A stretch of 63,712 nucleotides of DNA, the filler included, from Octopus bimaculoides (Eukaryota), in assembly GCF_001194135.2 (NCBI RefSeq). It is 4 parts of 4 records of this genome, joined end to end, with 100 filler letters (N's around TTAATTAATTAA, not from the genome) between each part and the next. Parts side by side here need not be neighbours in the genome. Positions count along the whole stretch, not along the records: positions 1 to 27,587 come from NC_068989.1; positions 27,688 to 34,713 come from NC_068983.1; positions 34,814 to 60,367 come from NC_068987.1; 1 more part is not named here. The stretch is one strand, 5' to 3'. Shown one piece after another: positions 26,035 through 38,715 of the stretch; position 1 is the stretch's first letter, and each line of letters opens with the position of its first letter. A model generated the notes under the pieces. It searched no databases. It was not told the DNA's origin and saw only the letters and a program-made list of their open reading frames with translations. Position numbers and translations under genes: made by a program.

Positions 26035-26270
26035 ATGCCTTTATGGGGACCTGCCGAAAATTAGTGAGAAGATCAGGCAAAGACGGCTGCGACTATCTGG
26101 TCACTGCGTGCGCCACCCTGAACTGGAAGCATCCAAATTAGTCTTGTAGGACACATTTCATGGTGATGTAAGAATAGGAAAACGTCGTCACACATCGACA
26201 ATTTGATTGCAGACTGACCTGAAATGTATCCAGAACATTGAGACAGTGATGATGGACCGAGAAGTGAGAC
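26035..26270 (+). mobile_element. RTE-like LINE C-terminal remnant
   Basis: LYGDLPKISEKIRQRRLRLSGHCVRHPELEASKLVL, containing the RRLRxxGH motif. Confidence 0.7.
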
Positions 26271-26409
26271 GGGTAGACTTGTTGCTGTGGCTCCGGTTGA
26301 AACCCAACCGTAATAAAATAATAGACTTATTCCGTCTTTATTATCATTGTGAACACGAGTCCGTAGATTGACAGAATCGTTAGAGTTAGTAAGTTATCTC
26401 TGCACCATG

Positions 26410-26890
26410 AGGCACATAAGGCCGCAACACGATTTCTCCAACCAGCTCTGTTTTCCGTCACTGTTCTGGTCTCATTCTAGCTTCCTCACCCTTTTCGTTT
26501 CCTTTCCTTATTAATGGCCCTTCGCTATGTGGTTTTAGGGCGCCCTGCTGCGCTTTTCCCCTCAGGCTGTTCTCACTATAGTGCCTCATACAATCGCTCT
26601 CTTTGTTTTGTCCTGAAGACGTGTCCCATCCACTTCCAGCGTCTACATCTTATTCCATCACTGATCTTGTTGATGCCTGTTGTCGTCTCAATTGTGTCAT
26701 TTCGGACTCCTTGCAGCCACTTGATGTCGAGTATTCTCCTTAAGCATGGGAACTGAAAGTTGTCCATTGATTTTTCTTCCATTTTTGTCACTTTCCAGTT
26801 TTCACATCCGTAGACTACTACTGGTCGGGCCAATGACTGGAACAGCTTCAGCTTTGTTTCGCGGTCAATACCTTTGCTCCTCCATACCTA
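26410..26890 (-). mobile_element. RTE-clade LINE 3' end
   Basis: RPVVVYGCENWKVTK...CLRRILDIKW...IRCRRWKWMGHVFR, a post-RT domain motif set. Confidence 0.85.
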
Positions 26891-29800
26891 TGTTAGATTG
26901 TAGAATGTAAGACACTAAGAAATAATGCCAGACAACAGGCTCGTGTGAGAATCGGTGATAGCGAGGTGAAAGACGTCGAATAATTTGTTTCCATCAGGGC
27001 GACAATAAAGAAAGATGGAGGAGGAACGGAAGATATAATGAATCATTGGAGTATCGTACAAAATACCTTGCAGTATGTATTCAATCGGGCTCTTTACGAT
27101 ATCAGCTCAAATCGCATCGAAAGTAACTTTGCCTTTCAGGTTGTTAAGGGTCAATAAATACGGCAACCGGCGGATCTTGTTCAAAACGGGGGCACCAGTT
27201 TTCATTTATGTTTTATGTAGTGTTTTTGGTACCGAAAGACTTTCAAACTTCGTATACTTATCTATTTTGTGTTATAGAACAGAAAAAAAATTTTGTATTC
27301 GAATTTATTTCATGTAAAAAATTGTCTTATTTCGATAATTTCAACCAACCACTGACAAGTATTCAGTTGTTTACACTTACTCCTTTCGCAGTTTAAGCGG
27401 TGTAAAGCGTATTTAATCTCCATTACTTCTGACATTTTGCAGAGAGGCAACACACGTGTGTTCGTTTTCCCTAACCCCAACCCTAATCGACTTGCTCCTT
27501 CCCTCAAAAACCAGGCCTTGTGCCTATAATAGAAAGGTTTATTAGCTACTGCCAATATGCTTCAGCCATTTTTTGACAAGGAAATAANNNNNNNNNNNNN
27601 NNNNNNNNNNNNNNNNNNNNNNNNNNNNNNNTTAATTAATTAANNNNNNNNNNNNNNNNNNNNNNNNNNNNNNNNNNNNNNNNNNNNTAATTCACCTTTG
27701 GAACATGGGTGTTTTGCTCAACATCTTTAAACAAACCTTATTCAGGGACCTTTTGAGTGGGATGGGCTACTCGATCTGAAGAAAATTCTAACTGGGCCCC
27801 ACCTGCAAGGTCATGTGCTGTTTATCTTGATATGAGATCACCATGTTGCGCACATATGGTTGTGATGCATGTGCCTAGTGTACCCTCATCAGGCTGGTAG
27901 TAATGATGGGTATAATGGGCTTCGTATATTTTACTCCAGTGTCACTTTGATGGCATGCACTGCTCTCTCACTCAACAACAACAACAACAACAACAACAAT
28001 AATAATAATAATAATGATAATAAGTAGAATCATTGCTACTTCCTGTTTTATTAATGACAAAATAAAAAATAAAATTTGTACCCATATGAACATTTTTATT
28101 AGCCATGATGTTGGACAAGTTTAAGGTAATTAAAACCATCTTAATTTAATTAGATTCCTATAATTGTTTATTTGGAACAATATCTTGATTTTTTTTTTTG
28201 CAGTAGTTCCTTTCACAACAAGGACGTTTTTATGGAAGTGATTGGATTGACTTCAGTACTTGACTGTTACTATATTTTTTTGAGCCCAAAGGTGAAGTTG
28301 ACCTCAGTGGGAGGTGAACTCAGTAAGGAAAGTAAAGAGATGTAACTAAATATTGCAAAGTATCAAGGTATTTTCTTTAATACCGTTCTGATTTTGTCAA
28401 TCCACTAAGCTGATCTTTTGAGCCAGTACATACTGAAACACTTTCAATGCAAGAAAAATCTCCTAACAGTCACATTAAAACAAAGCTAACTCAGCTTCAT
28501 AAATGATTTGAAAGGGTTGTACAGTCATCATTGTTGTCATCAAGATTATATTCAGCAGTGATGTTGCCATTGCTTAGTCCAAGGCTATTGCATAGCATGA
28601 AGTGTACAGTGTGTGTGAGCAGCTCAGACATCCACAAAGGTATATCACAATGATGAGGCCCAATTAAGATGAAATGCATGTAATTCTTGCTACCCAGTGC
28701 TAGGATGATTTTTGTCTTCTAATACGTTTTGTGTTTTTTTAGACACAGTACATCCATAAGGGATGTTATCTCTGGACGAATACCACAGTAAATTGCCTTT
28801 CAATGATGTATTTTACATTAAGTATGATACATAGATGGCTGTTTTAATCTAATAATGCTTCTTTTGTATATAATAAAAGGTGTTAAGGAAGAGCTTGACC
28901 AATTTGGCTACTTTACAAAGCATCTAAGACTCAGACTTTGACGTTGGTTCCAGGTCAGTCCTCAATGAGCAGAAAATGATCAACGATATTCTTTCTTTTG
29001 TAAATCTATATCTACATTTTTCAGTGTATGTTTCCTTTTTCTTTCTTGAGCCAATGGGTGAATTTGAAGAATATATAGCTATTAGATTTAGCAGCTCAAG
29101 CAATCATGTAGAGGCTCATTCATAAATAGAAGTTATGGTATTTACTACAGTAGGAAGGTTATCAATTTTAAGAATAATAATAGGGTTTCGAATTTTGACA
29201 CTAAGCCAGCAATTTTTGGGGGAGAGGGGTGTAAGTTGATTACAAGTTGATCACAGTACTAACTGCAAACTTATTTTATCGACCCTGAAAAGATGAAAGG
29301 CTAAGTTGACCTTGGCGAAATTTGAACTCAGAACATAATAAACATGGATGAAATGCCACTAAGCATTTTGCTCGGTGTGCTGACAATTTTGTCATCAAAC
29401 AGTATCAGACGATCATTGAGTGTTTCAACCCTGAACTGTAAAACCTTCTTATTGGAGGGTCAGTAGAGTTAGCCAAATCACTGCTTATCATCTCTTGGCT
29501 TTCAACTTAACTCCCTTCTCTCACTCCATAACCAGCAAGAGGCTCTTTCTGCTGCCTCTCCCATCCTACACACAGGCTACCTTTTGTTCTTTTCCTCTAA
29601 GTCCAATGGCTCTATATTGTCTGGGAAAGGAATCTCCTACAGCCAACCTTGACTGAGGATAGCCATGACAACTATCCCTTCACCCTGCAATCCTGCAAAA
29701 GGACCTGGTACTTGGCATGCTTCTATTTACAGGCTCGATTAGACCCTTTTCCCAGATTGATCAGGATCATTTTATTTTCTCTGCTTTCTCAGACCCCAAA

Positions 29801-31214
29801 ACTACACCTGACCTCAGGGTTGTCTGGATGACCTGGGGAAGCTGCAATCTCTCCCCCCCACCCGCCATCACCACCACCAGGTTTGTGTTCATAAAATTAC
29901 CACGGTTTTGATTTTTATGAATAGTAGTATTTTGTGAATAGCATTTTGTTTTTGATATTCCAAAATTAGTGCAATCAAAGTGAATATTTGGTGCGATGCC
30001 TATTGATTACTGGAAATGGCTGTAAGAGTAATCTGAAAGCAGGATTAGCTGGTGCTATAGCCACTTAGCAACAAATAAATAAACATAGAAAATAATCAAG
30101 TAGAAAATGTAATGAAACAATTACAATTAATTAATACATCAAAGGAATATTTTTATCCCCCAGCTTAGCTTATTTGTAGTTTTTGATTAAGTTAAACAAT
30201 TCATTTAAACTCATTTGTATTTCATAGTTTTTGTTGTTGTTGTTGTTGTTGTTGTTGTTATTGTTGTTCTTTATCAATAGCTTGTTTTGTACTTCAACTT
30301 AACAAATGTCATTAATTCGTATGTGTATAAATTTTTAGTGGAAACACAAATAAACCATCTGTTTCTTATAAACAGAATGGAGCAATAGCTATGTTATAAC
30401 ATTTATACAATATTAGTCTGAGTACCATAGGTTTTTTTCTTCCCCTTCCTATAATACTAATAGTTCACAAATATTGAATAAACAATAATTTTCTCCATAA
30501 TATTGTATGAAATCCATTTAGTATTGGTGCAGGTGTGGCTATGTGGTTAAGAAGTTTGCTTCCCAACCATGTGGCTTCAGGTTCAATCCACATGTCAGCA
30601 TTTCTTTAAAGCACAAAACCCTTCAAATAAAACATTTAAATTAATCATATCAAAGAAAATCTCTAAAGATATTTATGTATCATTTAAGAAGCCTTTTATC
30701 ACACCAGGGACTGTACAATTGTACACCAAAGGAAAACAACAGCAGCTAAGTTTGTGAGAGCTTCTTGTGTTTATGCTCCTATTGCTTATCTGTCGATCAT
30801 GCATGTCTGTAGCTTAGTGGTTTGGGTATTCAGCCCCTGATTGTAAGGTCATGAGTTCGATTCCTGACAACATGCTGTGCCCATGAGTAAGACACTTTAT
30901 TTCACGTTGCTCCAGTCTACTCTGCAAGCAAAAATGAGTTGTACCTGTATTTCAAAGGACCAGCATTGTCACATTCTGTATCATGCTGAACCTCTCACAG
31001 AACTACACGAAGAGTGCACATGTTTGTGGAGTGCTCAGCCACCTGAATGTTAATTGCGTGAGTTGGCTGTTCTGTTCATCAGATCAACTAGAACACTCAT
31101 CATCAGGACCAATGGAGTGCCCGTTATCCGTTAATCAGTCTCCCCTTTTCTCAGTCTAACTGTACTATACCATCCTTGTGACAAAGGATAGCAGTAGATG
31201 TCTTCTGTTCATCA

Positions 31215-31425
31215 TAAATTGCTTCCAGTGCAATTCATATGGCCAGAGTGTATCTGTGATTTTACAATTTTTCCCCAAACAGAAGGTTTACATCAAATTC
31301 GAAAAGATATTGTGGAACTTTCAAATGATGTAATGTTCGAAAAAGTAATAGAGAATAATGCGATTGAGTTGCTTGTGCCCCATAGAGAAAGTTTATCTGA
31401 GGGGGAGCTGATGCTGTCAGAAGAA
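31215..31425 (+). mobile_element. pogo/Tigger transposase C-terminal remnant
   Basis: WPECICDFTIFP...IRKDIVELSNDVMFEKVIENNAIELLVPHRESLSEGELM resembles Tigger WPEC..F..F...I..L....FE.V.E..V.ELL..H.E.L..EEL. Confidence 0.7.
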
Positions 31426-31689
31426 AATGCCGGTTGTCAAGTGGTGGTTGGGGGACAAACATAGACACAAAGTCACACACACATCGTTTTCATGTTACGA
31501 AAATATAATGGAATTAAGGGATTTAATTTTCAACAATTCCGGTTTTTATCGCATGCATGTCAACCTTCTGGCTTTAATTAATGGTCCATGTGATGTAATT
31601 AATGGTCTATAGATTGAAGTGTTTTAGTCAGAAGAAGGACACAGCCCATGAATTTATTTAGTGTCTTCAAAATTTGTGTGAGAGGAAAG

Positions 31690-32020
31690 TCAAATACAGG
31701 AGCATGCATCGTTGCAGCGTGTCGATGCGTCAACCATTTGTCTGTATTTGCTTGTGATGTCCAAAGCAATCCTCCAAGCAGTGTTCCAGTTAGTTACCAT
31801 CTCTGCGAGATATTTTCTCATCCGCCATGAGACCATGTGGCATGTGGTCGACCAACAAGCGCCATCACTATAGATGATCCTCAGAGAAGAAAATACGATA
31901 CATAGGGTCCAACTCGGAAAATCGAGCCTCATGACCAAACAGTCTGAGCTGACGCTTCCGAATCATACAAGTAACAGGATGCATCCCAGTTACTGAGTAT
32001 ATTTATGATTGTATCCTTTG
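31690..32020 (-). mobile_element. RTE-like LINE 3' end
   Basis: VTCMIRKRQLRLFGHEARF, then a frameshifted ...WRIALD...YRQMVDASTRC terminus. Confidence 0.7.
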
Positions 32021-32359
32021 TCTTCGTGAACCCTGTATCTGATACTAACACATAATAAGCAGTTGAAAACCCTGATGTAAAATCTGGTCATTAGAAACCG
32101 TTGAGGCAACTACAAAGTGACAACTAAGTACAACAGCAGAGTAGCTAGAGTGTATGTCGCTCAGGGCAACCGTTGAATCCCACCATCACCACCACCACCA
32201 CCACTTCTCACGGGTTTCCAACCCTATACAAATTTAAACAGCAGACCCAAAAGCGCCATCCCCATAAAAGCATCGCCCCGGAACGGACTGCTCACTCACC
32301 TTCCACTTAGCTATGCTACTAAAGTACAAAGTCTACCGAATGGATATTGGTTTCTAATT

Positions 32360-32960
32360 TTGGTTTCAATTTTGGCACAAGGCCGGCAGTTTTGGGGGAG
32401 GGATAAACCGATTACATCGACTTCGGTGCTCAACCGGTATATATTTTATTGGCCTCGGCGGAATTTGAACTCAGAACATAAAGGCGAGCGAAATGACGCT
32501 AAGCCTTTTGCTCGGCGTGGTAACGATTCTGCCAGCTTATAGTGATTTCCAATATTGATTTCAAATTTTAGCACAAGGCCAGTAATTTCGGAGTAGGGGA
32601 TAAGTCGATATAATCGACTCTAGCAATCAACTGGTACTTATTTTATCGACCCAGAAATGATGAAAGACAAAGTCAATCTCGACGGAATTTGAACTCAGAA
32701 CGTAGTGATGGGCGAAATACCGCTAAGCATTTCACCTGCCAGCTCACCGACTTAAATTGATTCCTAATATTGACAAAGTAAAAGTAAGTGTATATTCGAT
32801 TAAAAGCCTCCTCCAATATTTAACTGGTATCTTATTTTATCAACCCCGAAAAGATTGAAAGGCAATGCTGACATTGTTAGGATTTGAACTCAGAACACGA
32901 AAGGTGATAATACACCACAAGGCATTTTCTTTGACACTCTATTGTTTCCGCCAATCCACT
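32360..32960 (-). mobile_element. Three tandem diverged family B SINE-like units
   Basis: gaatttgaactcagaac recurs at about 32460, 32685 and 32882 with roughly 200-225 bp periodicity. Confidence 0.75.
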
Positions 32961-33534
32961 ACTCTTCATTAGAATTGCTTTTATTATCACTGATTTCATG
33001 ATAATGGTGATATATTTTATTGTTCTTTCTTACACCTAACTTATAAAATGCAAAATTATTTCGTAACTCATGAGAGATCTGAATTTTGGTACTATTATTG
33101 TTTCTATTTAGAATTCTATGATTGTGTCTTAAATTTAATGTTTGAATTTATAAATTATTATTTGAAGTAATGAATTCATTTCCAAATTTTGAGACGCATA
33201 TATTGTTAAAAATATAATTATTAAGTATTTTTGTTTCATTTTATCGAAGATATAAAACCATCCAAATTGATATTTTCCTGTAGCGATTTTTCAGTAATAA
33301 AATGTTGAATTAATTTTCTTATTTTTCATTTATTTACTTGCTAATTATAATGCAAAAATCTACTACATAGCTGTGAGCGACACAAAATTAATCAATTATT
33401 TGTTTTGTTATGGGAATGCGATGCCTTCTTTTTCAATATTGTTTAGAATGTTTGACAATGTGCCAAAGTTATCAAGGGATCTACATCGGTCAAGGCTGAT
33501 TTTGAAATTGTACATGTATGCGCAGGCCTGGGCT

Positions 33535-33570
<36 letters not shown>

Positions 33571-34397
33571 GTGTATATATATATATTGGAATACTGATAG
33601 CTATTCATGTATGCACGCTTCTCTCTTCTCTATATTACTGATGATTATCCAAACGAAAGGCCGCCAATTGATTGCTGGTAAAACTTGGTACCTGTATCAC
33701 TGCAAGCATTTTGTCACTTCGTAGAAATCCGAAACAGATGCTGCAAGGCATCTCGCCCGACCCTCAATCAAATCCACCAATCCACTGTCTTAAATCGGTG
33801 CCTTTCATTTATCGACCTCGAAAGGGTGAAAAGAAAAGTTGTCTTCAGCGAGATTTGAACATAGAAGGCAAAGAGCCGGAGCAAATACTACGAAGCCTCT
33901 ATTCTATGCTCTGACAACTCTGCCAATTCGTCGCCTTGAAAGTAACCAACGCCAAAGAATAATCTAAATACAGCTGCTCAATATATTGCACCTTAGGATC
34001 GAACTCCAAACCACGTAGTTGCGAGGTGAACTCGAAATTCACAGAATCCTGCCTTCATCTAGAATTTTTTTATACTTTATCCTATTTAAGTTTAGCTGAG
34101 AAATATCCCTATCCTGAGAAATATTACATCATCTATCACACAAGAGCAATAATGAAAAGAAAGCCAGAGTGAATATTGACTTTCATGCACACACATAAAC
34201 ATGCGCACACACACACATATACACACATACAGAGTATTTTCTAACATATAAAATGCACTCTAACATATTACGTGCCCTTATTTTACAAGTATATTTTGTG
34301 GAAAAAACTAATCTGTTTCATTGTACACCGATTGAAAAATATTTGCAAATCGTTTTGTAGGGGGAAAATGTATGATACTGTGCATGTAAAGACAATC

Positions 34398-34713
34398 AGA
34401 CTGGCACTCCGTCGCTTACGACGTTGAGGGTTCCAATTGATCCGATCAACGGAACAGCCTGCTCGTGAAATTAGCGTGAAAGTGGCTGAGCACTCCACAG
34501 ACACGTGTACCCTTAACGTAGTTCTCGGGAATATTCAGCGTGACACAGTGTGACAAGGATGACCCTTTGAATTACAGGGACAACAGAAACAGGAAGTAAG
34601 AGAAAGTTGTGGTGAAAGAGTACAGCAGGGTTCGCCACCATCCCCTGCCGGGGCCTCGTGGAGCTTTAGGTATTTTCGCTCAATAAACACTCACAACGCC
34701 CGGTCTGGGAATC
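34398..34713 (-). mobile_element. SINE family C
   Basis: Reverse complement of the 56090-56400 body. Confidence 0.9.
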
Positions 34714-34861
34714 NNNNNNNNNNNNNNNNNNNNNNNNNNNNNNNNNNNNNNNNNNNNTTAATTAATTAANNNNNNNNNNNNNNNNNNNNNNNNNNNNNNN
34801 NNNNNNNNNNNNNTTAGTATACTAACTTGATACTAGTTCAAATATGTTTGAGAGAAATAAC

Positions 34862-35236
34862 TAACCCTTTAGCATTTAAACAAGCCATATCTGGCTCAAA
34901 TATTCTACCAGTTTTATGTTCAAACCAGTCAGATCTGGCCTCTCACACCTACCCTACAATGCCATTCTAAAAATATACAACCATATACAACCGTTAGGAA
35001 GGGCATCCAGCTGTAGAAATTCTGCCAAATCAGACTGGAGCCTGGTGCAGCCATCTGGTTCACCAGTCCTCTGTCAAATCGTCCAACCCATGCTAGCATG
35101 GAAAGCGGACATTAAACGATGATGATGATGTCATCAAAATTTTAAAGCTATGAGATAATGTAGGATTCATTTCTAAACAATATTAATAAATACGTATTAC
35201 ATTTGACAGAGTCAATCTGAATGCTAAAAGGGTTAA
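34862..35236. mobile_element. TTAA-type MITE with a nested (ATG)n-tailed retroposon
   Basis: taacccttttagcatt ... aatgctaaaagggttaa TIRs; insert at 34988-35131. Confidence 0.65.
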
Positions 35237-35455
35237 ACTCATAAAAGGATTTTCACTGCAGTTTGTCATGAAAAAAAAAAAAATTTTGCTTAAGACAAGA
35301 ACGTGTACAACACGATAGTCAGCTCAGAACAACTCCTGTTGAACTGATGGATACATGTATTTTGAACTCAATGTCTTTCAACAGAGTTGAGAACAAAGTG
35401 TTCAAAATACAAATAATACTTCGATATACGAGTTAGTTTGTTTCCAGAGACTGCT

Positions 35456-35977
35456 TGTAATGTGAAAGCCTGTAAAGCAGAGCAATAATTTCCTAGCAGC
35501 GGGAAGTTTAGACAGTGTCATGTGACAACTTGCTGGTGCTGCCTGCTGGAGCCTAGCAGCAGATATAAAAAGGGGAACTTGACACGACGATCAGTCGGAC
35601 GCTGACACTCGTTGATGCTGCATCAAAGAGGCCAGGGAATAGAAGAAAGAAGACATGCACCCAACACCAGAGCTGAAGACACCTCCGAAAGGAGGGGCCC
35701 CGCCACGTCAAAATGGTAGAGGAGTAGGGGCCGAAACCGGACGTGGTTCCTCCTGATGATGTCTTCAGCTAACTGGATCCTATAAAGGAGCTGTTGTGGT
35801 AGCAGACCACGAAACATGGTTGAAATTCCTTCCTAATCATAATTCGTTCCCAGAAAAATATTTTACCTCTAAAATTAATAATACTTGTAAATAAATGGCA
35901 ATAAAACAATAGAATGTAAAGAATATTTTATGTAAAGTAAAAAGAATGTCAAGATCATTTATAATAAAAAAAATATA
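35456..35977 (+). repeat. GC-richer LTR-like or structured unit, repeated as an exact 488-bp duplicate at 36028-36515 across a gap
   Basis: TG-starts (35456 tgtaatg; 35516 tgtcatg), TATA-like gatataaaaagggg, later aataaa, and several hairpins. No TSD was found. Confidence 0.4.
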
Positions 35978-36599
35978 NNNNNNNNNNNNNNNNNNNNNNN
36001 NNNNNNNNNNNNNNNNNNNNNNNNNNNTTCCTAGCAGCGGGAAGTTTAGACAGTGTCATGTGACAACTTGCTGGTGCTGCCTGCTGGAGCCTAGCAGCAG
36101 ATATAAAAAGGGGAACTTGACACGACGATCAGTCGGACGCTGACACTCGTTGATGCTGCATCAAAGAGGCCAGGGAATAGAAGAAAGAAGACATGCACCC
36201 AACACCAGAGCTGAAGACACCTCCGAAAGGAGGGGCCCCGCCACGTCAAAATGGTAGAGGAGTAGGGGCCGAAACCGGACGTGGTTCCTCCTGATGATGT
36301 CTTCAGCTAACTGGATCCTATAAAGGAGCTGTTGTGGTAGCAGACCACGAAACATGGTTGAAATTCCTTCCTAATCATAATTCGTTCCCAGAAAAATATT
36401 TTACCTCTAAAATTAATAATACTTGTAAATAAATGGCAATAAAACAATAGAATGTAAAGAATATTTTATGTAAAGTAAAAAGAATGTCAAGATCATTTAT
36501 AATAAAAAAAATATAAACATTATAACTGTTTTCTAAATTACTTTCACTTGCACTAGACTCACACATATCTTTTGTAGACGTGATTGCCAATTCACAAGC

Positions 36600-36830
36600 A
36601 CTTGTGGACAGACTTGTAGATTTCTTTTAAGAAAACAAGTCTAGAGTTGTTTGCTCAGAAGAAGCATTTTTTTCCCTCTCTATAAATTTCTCAGTAACAC
36701 ACAGAAGCATTTGTTATGTTAGTAGAAACCTTTGCACTTTGTTCAATATTTGGATCTTGTGTTTGAAAAATAAAGACCCATAAACCCGGGGTATCATAAA
36801 GTGGGTCCTCGGAAAGTGAGGTATTACTGT
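36600..36830 (-). mobile_element. Possible pogo/Tigger-like remnant
   Basis: TIR-like start CAGTAATACCTC at 36829 (minus) and a short ORF ending EQTTLDLFS*. Confidence 0.3.
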
Positions 36831-37040
36831 ACATGTATCCAATAGTCAGTAAAGGGGTTACTTTGAGCTGACTATAGTGTTTTTACAACATTTTGTCTTA
36901 AGCGAAAATATTTTTTTCATGACAAATTGTAGAGAAAAGCCTCTTACAGGTTCAAATACCCCTCAAACATATTTGAAGTGGTATTCTACCCACAGATTGG
37001 TTAACTAACTTAGTCATTAAGTTGGTGCTTGGAATATAAA

Positions 37041-37685
37041 TTAAGCCTTTAGGAGTCAAACCAGCCATATGTGGCTAAACTATTCTACTGGTTTTATGTT
37101 CAAACTGGTTAAATCTGGCCCCTGCCATCTACCCTATAATTTTATTTGCAAAATAAACAGGTGCAGGAGTGGCTGTGTGGTAAGTAGCTTGCTTACCAGC
37201 CACATAGTTCCAGGTTCATTCCCACTGCGTGGCACCTTGGGCAAGTGTCTTCTACTATAGCCTCGGGCCAACCAAAGCCTTGTGAGTGGATTTAGTAGAC
37301 GGAAACTGAAAGAAGCCCGTCGTATATATGTATGTATGTATGTGTATATATGTGTGTGTGTGTGTGTATGTTTGTGTGTCTGTCCCCCCCCCCCCCAACA
37401 TCGCTTGACAACTGATGGTGGTGTGTTTAGGTCCCCGTAACTTAACGGTTCTGCAAAAGAGACTGATAGAATAAGTACTAGGCATCCAAAGAATAAGTCC
37501 TGGGGTTGATTTGCTCGACTAAAGGTGGTGCTCTAGCATGGCCACAGTCAAATGACTGAAACAAGTAAAAGAGTAATCACATCATCAAAATCTTTAGGCT
37601 ATCAGATAATGCAAGATTAATTCAAAACAATATCAATAAACAAGCATTACATTTGACAAAATAATCTGAATGCTAAGGAGATTAA
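37041..37685. mobile_element. TTAA-type MITE split by a SINE
   Basis: Same interior as the 34862 element, with a SINE at 37158-37575. Confidence 0.55.
37158..37575 (+). mobile_element. SINE family A (full length)
   Basis: Collinear with the 8079 copy. Confidence 0.9.
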
Positions 37686-38287
37686 CATGAAATTTTGATG
37701 GCAAGTTTTAATTTAGACCACCTTAAAACGAAGTTTGTATCATAGAACTTGGGGTTAAAAAGCAATGAGATGGCTCAGTTGATTAAGGAATGATATTCAC
37801 ACAGAAATATTTGTATTTAAATAAATCAGATGAGTCAAATTGCTATTCATAATAAAGCACAACAAATAATATAAATGCAGGCAGGGTTGTGTGGTTGAGA
37901 AGCTGGCATCACAACCGTATATGGTCTCTGGCTCAATCTCACTGTGATGTGCCTTGGGCAAGTGTTTTCTACTATAGCCCCATGTCAATCAAAGCTTTGA
38001 GTGGATTTGGTTGATAGAAACAGAAAAAAAAAGCCTGTTGTATATGTGTGTGTGCATGTGTGTTCATTACCATCTCATAGTGTCACTATCAAGCAGGCAT
38101 TGTCTTTCATTTCAAATCTTCTGCAAAAACATGTCTGGCCTGGGAGAGATATTAGCTTACTTGGAAACAAGTGAGGACTGACAACAGGAAGGGCATCCAA
38201 TCATAGACAATCTGCCTCAACATCTGTCTGTTCCATGCAAGCATGGAATAGTGGACAATAAACTAATAATGATGGATGTCTAAAATG

Positions 38288-38715
38288 ACATCATCATCAT
38301 CATCATCGTTTAACATCCGCTTTCCATGCTAGCATGGGTTGGACGATTTGACTGAGGACTGGTGAAACCAGATGGCAACACCAGGCTCCAATCTGATTTG
38401 GCAGAGTTTCTACAGCTGGATGCCCTTCCTAACGCCAACCACTCTCAGGGTGTAGTGGGTGCTTTTATGTGCCACCGGCACGAAGGCCAGTCAGGCGGTA
38501 CTAGCAACGGCCACGCTCAAAATGGTGTATTTTACGTGCTACCCGCACAAGAGCCAGTCCAGGGGCACTGGCAACGATCTCACTCGAAAGTCCTTACACA
38601 TGCCACGGGCACAAGTGCCAGAAAGGGGACGCTGAGCACAGGTGCCATCACAATTTCACTTTCGCTTGCCCCAACAGGTCTTCGCAAGCAGAGTTTCATG
38701 TCCAATGAAGGAGAC
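38288..38715 (-). mobile_element. Retroposon with (ATG)n tail, family D (shares its 3' end with the local RTE LINE UTR)
   Basis: (cat)n cgtttaacatccgctttccatgctagcatgggttggacg.... Copies lie at 812-921 (-), 5460-5570 (+), 9310-9545 (+), 34988-35131 (+), 43225-43546 (+) and 47810-48232 (+). Confidence 0.85.

Noticed and set aside
27632-27643. TTAATTAATTAA islands centred in N runs (also 34758-34769 and 60412-60423)
   Set aside because: The identical 12-mer has stops in all six frames and is flanked by similar N runs each time. It is an artificial scaffolding spacer, not biology.
31690-31938. 82-aa protein-like ORF on the minus strand as a host exon
   Set aside because: Adjacent frames give RKRQLRLFGH, so it is a frameshifted RTE-like LINE terminus.
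32360-32960. Periodic repeats as a possible CRISPR-like array
   Set aside because: The context is eukaryotic, the units are about 200-bp SINE-derived sequence, and there is no repeat-spacer architecture or cas gene.
35490-36515. Exact 488-bp tandem duplication (similar cases at about 49090-49545 and 56290-56590)
   Set aside because: Each pair is separated by a short N gap with identical copies, typical of unmerged overlapping contig ends.
36557-36617. Minus-strand exon-like segment KSTSLSTSACELAITSTKDM with a gtgagt donor, considered as a divergent UCH catalytic exon
   Set aside because: It lacks QT and N-A-C-G-T, is far too short for exon 4, and abuts a probable transposon remnant.
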